The notes under the pieces are model-generated. The model made no database searches. It saw only the letters and a list, made by a program, of their open reading frames with translations, and was not told where the DNA came from. This document shows positions 1 to 8,321 of a DNA stretch of 64,000 bases, in pieces. The stretch covers positions 262,411-326,410 of the forward strand of contig CABULC010000002.1 of NCBI GenBank assembly GCA_902492325.1, in the 5' to 3' direction. Positions within the stretch are counted from its first letter, which is position 1, and every line of letters starts with the position of its first letter. Source of the DNA: an uncultured Clostridium sp. Its GTDB lineage: Bacteria > Bacillota_I > Bacilli_A > RF39 > UBA660. The position numbers were made by a program, and so were the translations under genes.

Positions 1-1
1 A

Positions 2-232
2 ATAAATGATATAAAAAATTTAAATAATCTAAAAACAAATACTTTACAAATAGGTCAAGTTTTAAAAATACCAGGGTCAACAAATTATAATACTTACACA
101 GTGAAAAAAGGAGATTCACTTTGGAAAATAGCAGATAAGTACGGAACAACAGTTAATAAATTAATGACGATTAATAATCTTACATCAACAACGTTACAGA
201 TAGGACAAAGTATTTTAATTCCAACAAACTAA
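2..232 (+). CDS. LysM repeat protein, 3' end of gene (5' truncated by window edge)
   Basis: Frame-2 translation gives ...TYTVKKGDSLWKIADKYGTTVNKLMTINNLTSTTLQIGQSILIPTN*, two LysM-type repeats, TAA at 230-232. Confidence 0.7.
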   Translation: MNDIKNLNNLKTNTLQIGQVLKIPGSTNYNTYTVKKGDSLWKIADKYGTTVNKLMTINNLTSTTLQIGQSILIPTN

Positions 233-233
233 T

Positions 234-261
234 AGTATATAACTTTATATACTATTTTTTA
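234..261 (+). terminator. Rho-independent terminator after LysM gene
   Basis: Perfect 8-bp stem agtatata/tatatact, 4-nt loop, followed by atttttt. Confidence 0.6.
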
Positions 262-265
262 GTGC

Positions 266-307
266 ATAAAAAAAAGAACAACGTGCTATGAAGCATTAAT
301 TGTTCTT
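266..307 (-). terminator. Terminator of the minus-strand AAA operon
   Basis: 8-bp stem (aagaacaa/ttgttctt) spanning the AAA gene stop, followed on the minus strand by an 8-T run. Confidence 0.45.
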
Positions 308-1773
308 CCTTTTCCCCATTGTCTAATTTTATCAATCTTTTCAGGATTAATCTTACTAATTGAATAACATTTATCAAAACATTCTAATAAGTAAGCACGC
401 GTTAATTTAATATTATCAGCCACAATATTATATGAAATATCTCTTATAGCTGATTCTATATCTGATGATGCAAATCCTTCGCTTTTAGTAATTAATTCAC
501 TCATTAGAGTATCATCAACTTTAACTCCTAAGTATTTATTTAAATACATTGAAATTATTTCTTTTCTTTCATTATCATTTGGTAAATCTACAAAGAACAT
601 TTCATCAAATCTACCTTTTCTAAGTAACTCAGCAGGTAAGTTATCAACATTATTTGCTGTTGCTACTACAAATACTTCCTTTTGACATTCTTGTAACCAA
701 AATAGAAATTGTCCAATCATTCTTGAAGTTACGCCACTTGATTCATTAACACCCGCTAATCCTTTTTCAATTTCATCAATCCATAGAACACAAGGAGCAA
801 CATGTTCTGCAGTTTTTAGTGCATTTTTAAATTGTTCTTCAGTTTGTCCAACATACATTCCTTGTACAGTTGCTAAGTCAAGCAAGAATAGTGGAAGATT
901 CCAACTTTTAGATATTGCTTTAGCAGTTAAACTTTTTCCACAACCAGGAACACCGACTACTAAAATACCTCTTGGAGGTTTAATTCCTCTCTTTATTAGT
1001 TTTTCTTTATTTTCAACATCTAATAACTTTCTTTTTGAGCTAAGCCACTTTTTAAGATTATTAAGTCCACCATAGACAACATTATCAGTTTCAATTTTTT
1101 CAAGGCCTTCCATATTAGAAAACATCTTACTTTTGGCAAACTTAAGTTCAGTTAAATCACCTTTAGTAATACTTCTCTTAGCAATTAGAACTGATATAAC
1201 ATTTTTAATTTCAGCTTCACTCAATCCTAACAATATAACTGATGCTTCTTTAAAGTTACTATCATCCCATTCTATTGGAAATTGACCATTATATTTATCA
1301 ATAAATCTATGTAATAAATCATATATTTCTTTTTCATTAGGAAAACTTAAATCAATATTCATACCAAGTTTCTTTAAATTTGGCCAAATACTTTTATCAC
1401 TAATAACAATTATAGAACAAGATTTTTCTTCACAACTATTAACAACATCATATAGAAATCTTGTAACTAAATTATCTTCATTTAAGTTATCAACATCACT
1501 TAGTAAATAAGTAACATTCTTTTTATCTTTTATATCATTACTTATAAATGATAATATACCACCTAATGTTTTTTCATTACTAACAATTTCATTATTTTGA
1601 AGACTATACATACCTTTAGACATAGAGTGAACATAAATAGTAGCATTTAATTCACTATTTATTTCTTTCAACATAGATAAAATTCTATTTTTTTCCATTG
1701 TGTTGATTACTATAAATGGAATTCTAGCATGTAAATAACTATCTAGTTTTTCTTTTACTTCTTCGTAATTCAT
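286..1773 (-). CDS. Classic-clade AAA+ ATPase. C-terminal active AAA domain (Walker A GVPGCGKS, Walker B VLWIDEIE, second region of homology ATANNVDNLPAELLRKGRFDE). N-terminal ~250 aa looks like a degenerate, nucleotide-motif-less AAA-like domain
   Basis: ORF-track protein motifs; GGAGG RBS 7 nt upstream; ATGA start/stop overlap with upstream gene. Confidence 0.85.
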   Translation of the reverse strand: MNYEEVKEKLDSYLHARIPFIVINTMEKNRILSMLKEINSELNATIYVHSMSKGMYSLQNNEIVSNEKTLGGILSFISNDIKDKKNVTYLLSDVDNLNEDNLVTRFLYDVVNSCEEKSCSIIVISDKSIWPNLKKLGMNIDLSFPNEKEIYDLLHRFIDKYNGQFPIEWDDSNFKEASVILLGLSEAEIKNVISVLIAKRSITKGDLTELKFAKSKMFSNMEGLEKIETDNVVYGGLNNLKKWLSSKRKLLDVENKEKLIKRGIKPPRGILVVGVPGCGKSLTAKAISKSWNLPLFLLDLATVQGMYVGQTEEQFKNALKTAEHVAPCVLWIDEIEKGLAGVNESSGVTSRMIGQFLFWLQECQKEVFVVATANNVDNLPAELLRKGRFDEMFFVDLPNDNERKEIISMYLNKYLGVKVDDTLMSELITKSEGFASSDIESAIRDISYNIVADNIKLTRAYLLECFDKCYSISKINPEKIDKIRQWGKGRTINAS

Positions 1774-2207
1774 TCATTTTCCTCCAAATAAGCATTATTT
1801 ATAGTATTCATTATAAAAGTATCATCAGTAGAATAATTTTTCTTTATTTCATCTAATATTCTATTATTAGATTCCATAATTTTTCTACCTAATTGTACTT
1901 GATTTTCTTCACGAACCAGTTTAGAACTTGCTATTAAGAAATCTAAAGATACTTCATCAGTATATTCTTTAAATTCAATTGAAAATCTATTATCATCAAC
2001 ACCTATACTAGGAAGTTTATCTAATAAAACTCTATATGCATTATTAAGTCTATTTTGAATTAATAAAGATAAATGATCTATAAATCTAAAATATCTATCT
2101 CCAGCTAAGTCGACTTCTAAGCTATTAATTCTTTCAACAATACTTTCACTTCTAGGTTCGTCAGCTAAAGATTCTAAAAAATTAACTAAATCATAATATG
2201 ATATCAT
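1770..2207 (-). CDS. Hypothetical helical 145-aa protein, third gene of AAA operon
   Basis: ORF translationally coupled at both ends (ATGA overlaps); no recognisable motif. Confidence 0.6.
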   Translation of the reverse strand: MISYYDLVNFLESLADEPRSESIVERINSLEVDLAGDRYFRFIDHLSLLIQNRLNNAYRVLLDKLPSIGVDDNRFSIEFKEYTDEVSLDFLIASSKLVREENQVQLGRKIMESNNRILDEIKKNYSTDDTFIMNTINNAYLEENE

Positions 2208-2383
2208 AATTCACCTCTATCAACAGTATCAAATGGAGGTTCTAAATCCCAATCAGGAATCTTAATCATTTCATTTTCATCTTCTTTTTTTTCATTTTTT
2301 TTCTTTTTGTTATTTTCATCATTTTTAACATTTAAATTCTCATGATTATCAAGTTCAGTTTTTAATTCTTCATCTTTATTCAT
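2204..2383 (-). CDS. Small 59-aa K/E/N/D-rich ORF not in ORF track (MNKDEELKTELDNHENLNVKNDENNKKKKNEKKEDENEMIKIPDWDLEPPFDTVDRGEL)
   Basis: Hand translation of minus strand. AGGAGG RBS (rc of 2391-2400) 7 nt before ATG at 2383. Stop TGA overlaps ATG of the 145-aa gene. Fills the only gap in the operon. Confidence 0.45.
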   Translation of the reverse strand: MNKDEELKTELDNHENLNVKNDENNKKKKNEKKEDENEMIKIPDWDLEPPFDTVDRGEL

Positions 2384-2394
2384 AAAATAACCTC

Positions 2395-4080
2395 CTACTT
2401 AAAATTAATATAATTGTTTTTATCAAATGAATTAATATAATTTATTAGTTCATTTTTATATTTTAAATTACGTTTACATATAAATTTTATATCAACAATT
2501 TCTGCTATAGTGTTATTAAGTTCAAATAAGTATTTTTTAACAGTATCATTATATTCATTAATGATATCTTGTCTATTCTTAGATATTTCATATAAGAAAT
2601 ACATAAGCATTCCACCGCCAACAAATATAACAATAATACCTAAATATAATTTTATGAACGCTAAGATCAAACCAACAACAATAAATATCGCACAATATAC
2701 AGTTTTTGGAGAAATATATTGTTGTTCCTGAGAATCTGCTTCGAAAGGCTTTTTAACATATTCTGTTAAAGAATCTTGTAATTCTTTTTCATTACTTCCA
2801 TCTTTTGTAGTTCCAGTCCATTCATTAATTTTTATTTGAATGTCATTATCGTTAGATTCATCCTCATTACCAAATACTTCATCAAAACCTTTGACAATAT
2901 TTTGTTTCGTTAATGAAATAGCTAGTTTTTTTGTAGATAATGAAACATCATCTCTATTTAATATTATATTTGTAAGCTCATTGCCAAAGTTATTTTTAAT
3001 ATTTAATGTGTTATTATATATTTCATATTTTTTATTAGCTTCTTCAACATTTCCTTTGCATTCTATAATTAATTTATTTTTTAATATAGCTTTTCTAAGA
3101 TCAGCTTCATTTTCTTCATAACTAAATAATAAATTATTTAAAAGTTCATCTATACTTTTTTCTTTTTGATCATCTTTATCTAATAATCTTAAGAATTTAG
3201 CATAAGCATTGTTATAAGAGTAGGAAAGAGCTAATTTATTTTTTAGTTTATCAAAATCTTTAACATAGTCGGCAGAAAATGGATATTCACTATTTTCTAC
3301 TACATCAATAGTATCACTAAAAAACTCTCTCCATCTTTCTATTTGATAGTTATTAACATTATCATTACTACTAAGTTTATTACACCAATCATCTATATAA
3401 GAAAGAATCAAATCAGTCATTTTAATACTATAAGCATCATTAACAAGTGATTCTAAAACATTTATAATATCATTATCCATACTATTAGGATTTTGTGTGT
3501 CTAAATATCTTTTTAACCATTTAAGAGCAGTATCATTTCTATTAAGTCTTAGATGTATCAAACAAAAAAGTAATGATGTTTTACTATCATTTAAACTAAG
3601 AGCTTTATTTAGTGCTTTACGAGCTAATTTTCTTTCATTTCTAAACCATGCACATAATGCGACTAATGCATAAGATAAATAATAGTCTGGTGTATTTAAT
3701 AAAGATTGTTCACTTTGAGTAAGCAAAGTATTTTTCTTTATAGTATTTAAATCCATACTATTTAAAATACCATTTATCTTTCTACGAATTAAATCATAAT
3801 GTCCATATTTTTTATTTAGTTCATTTTCTTTTAATAATATTTCATTTTGAGCATTAGATACTAGTGAAGAACCTCTAACTTCTAACATAAAATCTTTTAT
3901 TTCTTGTTCTAAAGATTTAACATTTGTCTTAAGAGTATCTACTTGACTATTAAAATCATTAATTTGCCCGTTAATATCAACAACGTCACCAGCAACACTA
4001 GACATGTTTTCAGATAAAACTTTTAAACTTTTTTCTAGTGCATCCATATCTCTTTTTTGTATAGCAGTTATTGTTGTCAT
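2395..4080 (-). CDS. 561-aa membrane-associated protein. N-terminal coiled coil, TPR-like helical middle region, two-helix TM hairpin (residues ~455-500) and ~60-aa C-terminal tail. First gene of AAA operon
   Basis: ORF with GAGGTGG RBS; hydrophobic segment VYCAIFIVVGLILAFIKLYLGIIVIFVGGGMLMYFLY; stop TAG lies inside RBS of next gene. Confidence 0.7.
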   Translation of the reverse strand: MTTITAIQKRDMDALEKSLKVLSENMSSVAGDVVDINGQINDFNSQVDTLKTNVKSLEQEIKDFMLEVRGSSLVSNAQNEILLKENELNKKYGHYDLIRRKINGILNSMDLNTIKKNTLLTQSEQSLLNTPDYYLSYALVALCAWFRNERKLARKALNKALSLNDSKTSLLFCLIHLRLNRNDTALKWLKRYLDTQNPNSMDNDIINVLESLVNDAYSIKMTDLILSYIDDWCNKLSSNDNVNNYQIERWREFFSDTIDVVENSEYPFSADYVKDFDKLKNKLALSYSYNNAYAKFLRLLDKDDQKEKSIDELLNNLLFSYEENEADLRKAILKNKLIIECKGNVEEANKKYEIYNNTLNIKNNFGNELTNIILNRDDVSLSTKKLAISLTKQNIVKGFDEVFGNEDESNDNDIQIKINEWTGTTKDGSNEKELQDSLTEYVKKPFEADSQEQQYISPKTVYCAIFIVVGLILAFIKLYLGIIVIFVGGGMLMYFLYEISKNRQDIINEYNDTVKKYLFELNNTIAEIVDIKFICKRNLKYKNELINYINSFDKNNYINFK

Positions 4081-4150
4081 GAAACCACCTCTTATTCTAT
4101 TAAAATTATAACATATTAAAAAGTAAAGTGATAGTTATTTTATTGAAAAG

Positions 4151-4579
4151 TTAGTAAAGTTCATTACATACACCAGGGTCAGGAGCATAAAAACAATGTC
4201 CTTTATATCTTCCTGTATTTCTTTGATTAAACCATGTACCTTTACATTCTTCATTTTTCTTAGGTCCATAAAACCATAGTGCATTAGTGGCAGGGTAGTA
4301 ATATTCTCCTTTTAATACTCTTTTAGCAAGTTCTTTTTCTTTTGTAGTAGCACTTCCACTATTAAAAAGACTACTATTTGTTCCAACAAAACCACCTGGA
4401 TTTTGATAAACTACATCAGTAATACTTCTTATATTTTTAAAGTCTAAACAATTAGCTATAGCTCTATTAACTATAACATTTCCAACCATAAGCATGGCAA
4501 GATCACCTTCGGCAAGTGCTTCGGCTCTCATTAGTCTAGCACATAAATCTAATTCTTTAGTTGAATATTTAATAAGCAT
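4151..4579 (-). CDS. SleB/CwlJ-family cell wall hydrolase (spore cortex-lytic-type domain). True start at MLIKYS, not the track start that runs antisense through tRNA-Trp
   Basis: Motifs LCARLMRAEALAEGDLAMLMVGNVIVNRA and VVYQNPGGF; AGGTGA RBS before ATG at 4579. Confidence 0.75.
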   Translation of the reverse strand: MLIKYSTKELDLCARLMRAEALAEGDLAMLMVGNVIVNRAIANCLDFKNIRSITDVVYQNPGGFVGTNSSLFNSGSATTKEKELAKRVLKGEYYYPATNALWFYGPKKNEECKGTWFNQRNTGRYKGHCFYAPDPGVCNELY

Positions 4580-4674
4580 AAAATCACCTAATATATTGTA
4601 TGCAATAACAAAAAATATTGATTTGTTAAAATTTATATAGTATAATAATGTTGCTTTACAAAAAAGTGACACGT

Positions 4675-4749
4675 AGGGGTATGGTGTCAGTGGTAGCATG
4701 CCGGTCTCCAAAACCGTTGGGGAGGGTTCGAGTCCTTCTACCCCTGCCA
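4675..4749 (+). tRNA. trnW: tRNA-Trp (anticodon CCA), 3' CCA encoded
   Basis: Cloverleaf by eye: acceptor aggggta/tacccct, anticodon loop cuCCAaa, T-arm ggttcgagtcc; near-identical to Bacillus tRNA-Trp. Confidence 0.9.
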
Positions 4750-4761
4750 TATAAGATTAAT

Positions 4762-4785
4762 AACTCTAAATAAGAGTTTTTTTAT
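4762..4785 (+). terminator. Terminator after tRNA-Trp
   Basis: aactct-aaata-agagtt hairpin followed by tttttt. Confidence 0.7.
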
Positions 4786-4836
4786 TGCAAAAATTATTAT
4801 AACATCTCATAATCTATGCATAATTTGAACAAAAAA

Positions 4837-4855
4837 AACACGACCAACGTGTTTT
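4837..4855 (-). terminator. Terminator of lipoprotein gene (bidirectional hairpin)
   Basis: aacacg-accaa-cgtgtt hairpin flanked by A-run upstream and T-run downstream. Confidence 0.6.
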
Positions 4856-4860
4856 AATTT

Positions 4861-5355
4861 TTATTCGCAAGTAGCGCCCATTTGAGTATACATAGATTTG
4901 ATACCATCAATTGTAATCTTATTATTCTTAACATATGATTTCATAGTTGGTTGATCTTTAATAAGTTTTGCAATATCAAGTTCATCATAATTAATTGTTA
5001 CCTCAGAAGTTAATCCTTGACTAGTCTTATTAACACTGTAAGTATATCCGCCATAAGCTTTATTCATATTAGTATAAGTTTCAGTAACATAATTTTCAAA
5101 GTAATCAATTATTTCTGATTTATCAGATTTTACAACTTCAGTAGAATCAACTTTAGAAACTATATTATCTTTATAAGTTGCTACATAAGTTGCATCAATA
5201 CTATATCCAGTAGCAGTATCACTTGTATGAAGAGTACAAGTCATTTTTTGTTCTACAGGATCATTATTTGTATTACCTCCATTATTAACATTACTTTTAG
5301 AATTACAACCTGTTAAAAGTAATAAAACGACAGCTATTGAAGCTAATTTCTTCAT
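4861..5355 (-). CDS. Lipoprotein (lipobox LLTGC), function unknown
   Basis: Signal peptide MKKLASIAVVLLLLTGC; AGGAGG RBS. Confidence 0.6.
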   Translation of the reverse strand: MKKLASIAVVLLLLTGCNSKSNVNNGGNTNNDPVEQKMTCTLHTSDTATGYSIDATYVATYKDNIVSKVDSTEVVKSDKSEIIDYFENYVTETYTNMNKAYGGYTYSVNKTSQGLTSEVTINYDELDIAKLIKDQPTMKSYVKNNKITIDGIKSMYTQMGATCE

Positions 5356-5480
5356 AAATCCTCCTATCTTTATAGATTAATTATATTATGAACTATTTAA
5401 AAAAGAAATACTTTTTTCACTAAATATACATTAAGTTTTCACATGAATAATTATTTTCTATAAGTCATAGAATTAGTATA

Positions 5481-5909
5481 ATGAAAAACAAAATAAAAGA
5501 AAAATTCGTAGTATTTATGAGTAGTACAAAAGATTATACAGATACATTTTCACTTGAAGAAATAGAGTCGGGGAAAGCTTTAAGCATAGTTTCATACTTA
5601 GTGCCATTAGTACCTTTTATATTATCTAAAAAAAATAACTATGTAAGATTTCATACATTAAATGGTATGAATATATTATTTACATATTTAATTTTTTTAA
5701 TTATAAAAAGAACATTATCATATATTTTTGGAACACCTTGTGATTTAGTAAGTGGACTAAAGTGCATAATATTACCTATAAGCCTTAGAATATTCTTTGC
5801 ATTAATAAATATGATATTTAGTTTTATAGTATTATATGGTGTTTTAAATGTATGCAATAACAAAGCAAAAGAAATACCTGTTATAAGTAAAATAAAATTA
5901 TTCAAATAG
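5481..5909 (+). CDS. Small polytopic membrane protein (DUF4870/Tic20-like, tentative)
   Basis: Hydrophobic ORF with several predicted TM helices. Confidence 0.45.
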   Translation: MKNKIKEKFVVFMSSTKDYTDTFSLEEIESGKALSIVSYLVPLVPFILSKKNNYVRFHTLNGMNILFTYLIFLIIKRTLSYIFGTPCDLVSGLKCIILPISLRIFFALINMIFSFIVLYGVLNVCNNKAKEIPVISKIKLFK

Positions 5910-5956
5910 ACAAAAATCATAATATATGTTAAAATAAAGCGCACTAAAGGGTAATT

Positions 5957-7570
5957 ATGAATAAAACAGAGAAAATAGATATCGGAAAAATTGTTTTAAA
6001 TGAAGAGACAAATAAAAAGTTTTTGGATTTCGATAACAATCGAGATATTTTTTATTTTGGAAATAAAGAAGATTATTATTGTAAAGTATACAATTATACA
6101 AGAAAACTAGTTTATAAATCAAGAAATGCAGGAGAAATGATTTTAAATAAATCTTTTGTATCGAATATAATAAGAATATTAAATCACGATGTTCTTATCG
6201 CTAATAAATCAAAAGAAATGGGGTATCTAGAATTATTACACTATTTAATAACTTATCAAGATACTATTAACATTATAAAATTAGGTGGTTATTGGCCATA
6301 TACTGAAGAAGACTCAAATATAAGAAAAGAAGCAATAGAACTTTTAGAAAAACAAAATAATGAAATAGAAGAATTTTTAAAATCAATAGACTATGATAAT
6401 AAAATAAAAGAATTACTTAGTAAGTATAAAGAATATACAACATATAAAGGAGAACTACCTGATGATATATTTTTAGAATTAGATTTGATATTCACAACTG
6501 CTCATAACATACCTAAAGAATATGTTGATTTATATATGAAAAACGTTACTAGCTTTAATAAATCTCTTTCATTAGAAGCTTTTAGAAATGTTATTACAAG
6601 TTTAATTAGTAATTATGCTAAAGAACATGGAACATATTGTTATACTGAAATATGCAAATTAGATTATGGAACATTAGGAAGTTATGATAATCACGTAATT
6701 ACCCTTTCAACATCAAGTTTTAATTCATATTTTTTAGGTCATTCATCAAAGAAAATAGAATTGTTCGACACAATATTCCATGAGTTAATTCATTTGTTAC
6801 AAGATAAGATATATAGATCAAAGTTTATTACTTATGATTATATATTAATGCTTAAAGATTTTTTACTAACAGGTACAATAGAGGAATCATATTTAAAAAG
6901 AAACTATATGAGTTTAACACCAGAAATAGATGCTAGAAAAAATGGCCATTTAGAAACAGATAGTTACCTTCTTTCTTTAGGAATCGCATCACGAACAAAT
7001 ACATTTGAAAAAAATCTATTAGACGAAAGAAGACATGGAACTGATTTTAGATATTACGAAGGAAAAGAATACACAGTAGATACTCTATTAGACGAAAAAA
7101 TGCCTCATGTAGTTGAAGAATTTAAAAAGAATTATAAAATCGATATATTTGAGGAATATCCTGTTATGAAATTAATGTTTCATAATGATGGAAGAAGAAA
7201 AACAACATTAGAATTGTTAAAAGAAAGAGAATCTATAGAAGATAGAGAAATTATTTCGCAAATAGATGAGATTCTAATAAGAAGAAAAATGTCAAAAGAG
7301 AATTGTGAAAAAGATTTAAAAGAGCTTATATTAGATAGTACATTATCGATTGATAAAACAGAATATATTAGAAGACTTAACATGTTATTAACAGCAAAAG
7401 AAAGAAAAAAGATACTAATAAAATTAAAATCACTTAGTTTATTATTAAAAGATTTAGGAAGAAGTTTCTTAATATTCTTAGGTGAACTAGAGGATATAGA
7501 AGCAAGAATTAATGATGAAAAAATAGATATGATTTTATCTAAAAAGATAAATAAAGAATCTAAAAATTGA
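5957..7570 (+). CDS. Hypothetical 537-aa protein with HExxH motif (FHELIHLLQD); possible zincin-like metallopeptidase
   Basis: Long ORF; motif only. Confidence 0.55.
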   Translation: MNKTEKIDIGKIVLNEETNKKFLDFDNNRDIFYFGNKEDYYCKVYNYTRKLVYKSRNAGEMILNKSFVSNIIRILNHDVLIANKSKEMGYLELLHYLITYQDTINIIKLGGYWPYTEEDSNIRKEAIELLEKQNNEIEEFLKSIDYDNKIKELLSKYKEYTTYKGELPDDIFLELDLIFTTAHNIPKEYVDLYMKNVTSFNKSLSLEAFRNVITSLISNYAKEHGTYCYTEICKLDYGTLGSYDNHVITLSTSSFNSYFLGHSSKKIELFDTIFHELIHLLQDKIYRSKFITYDYILMLKDFLLTGTIEESYLKRNYMSLTPEIDARKNGHLETDSYLLSLGIASRTNTFEKNLLDERRHGTDFRYYEGKEYTVDTLLDEKMPHVVEEFKKNYKIDIFEEYPVMKLMFHNDGRRKTTLELLKERESIEDREIISQIDEILIRRKMSKENCEKDLKELILDSTLSIDKTEYIRRLNMLLTAKERKKILIKLKSLSLLLKDLGRSFLIFLGELEDIEARINDEKIDMILSKKINKESKN

Positions 7571-7595
7571 CAAAACATTATAAATAGTATATAAT
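7567..7595 (+). promoter_or_regulatory. Consensus sigma-A-type promoter TTGACA-17-TATAAT
   Basis: ttgaca at 7567-7572, exactly 17-nt spacer, tataat at 7590-7595. Confidence 0.6.
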
Positions 7596-7601
7596 CATGT
7601 G

Positions 7602-7745
7602 CAAGTGAGGGGATATAAGATATAAATATATTGAGCTGTCCCGGGGAAACCTACACGAACTTTTATAAAGTACGGAGTCGCTGTTAAGTAGTGGATTTCG
7701 TGCTTTTTTAATTCTTTACGTTATCCATCTATTAGAAAGGAGGGA
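7602..7745 (+). promoter_or_regulatory. ~140-nt structured 5' leader with attenuator-like hairpin (cacgaa...ttcgtg + ctttttta) ahead of the RBS. Candidate riboswitch or attenuator of unknown class
   Basis: 6-bp long-range inverted repeat at 7654-7659 and 7697-7702 followed by T-run; AAGGAGGG RBS at 7737. Confidence 0.3.
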
Positions 7746-7752
7746 ATATTAT

Positions 7753-8307
7753 ATGGTAGGAGCATCAAGAATGCCAGACTTTTTTGCCATGGGAACTATT
7801 GAATCTGAGTTATTAACAGAAGTCCAAAAAAGACTTAAATATAAAAATGGAAACATTAGTGAAATGTCAAAAAGTGAACAATTAAAAATGGAAACACTAG
7901 ACTTATTAGAAAGTCTTGGTTATCCAATGGATGAATTTGGAACATATTTATATAAAGATGTAATTATGTCTATTAGAGAGCAAATTGGTGTAGTTGAAAC
8001 AAGAGAAGATGTTATTGAAGCTTCAGCAGTTTTAGAAGAAGCTAAATCAGCATTCTCACAACTATACTTCAATTTAGCAAGAAATGAAAGAGATATTGGA
8101 GTAAAAGAATATCATAGAATTCTATCTAGATCATTATCAAAGATTGATTATAAAAAGGCATCACCAGAACTATTATACAAAGTATATGGTAATTTCCCTT
8201 TTGAGATGGACTATGGCGAAAATGCTTTTGCTCTAGCAAACTTTTTAAATAGACAAGTAGATAAACCTTTATGTAGAAAACTAACAAATTCACCTAGTAT
8301 TTATTAA
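7753..8307 (+). CDS. Stand-alone Spo0A C-terminal (DNA-binding) domain-like protein; no receiver domain
   Basis: Alignment from memory to B. subtilis Spo0A C-domain: [21 protein letters not shown] ~ [47 protein letters not shown] ~ [35 protein letters not shown] ~ PTNSEFIAMVADKL. Confidence 0.5.
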   Translation: [184 protein letters not shown]

Positions 8308-8321
8308 GATTAGGTGATACT

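Noticed and set aside
2510-3121. Plus-strand ORFs 2510-2731 and 2840-3121 (73 and 93 aa)
   Set aside because: They lie antisense inside the 561-aa minus-strand gene. They are hydrophobic, low-complexity translations typical of AT-rich antisense frames, with no RBS.
5651-5944. Minus-strand 97-aa ORF overlapping the small membrane protein gene
   Set aside because: Antisense to a coding region, no RBS, I/L/F-rich composition artefact.
7180-7578. Minus-strand 132-aa ORF
   Set aside because: Antisense inside the 537-aa gene; Ser/Ile/Leu-rich nonsense-like composition.
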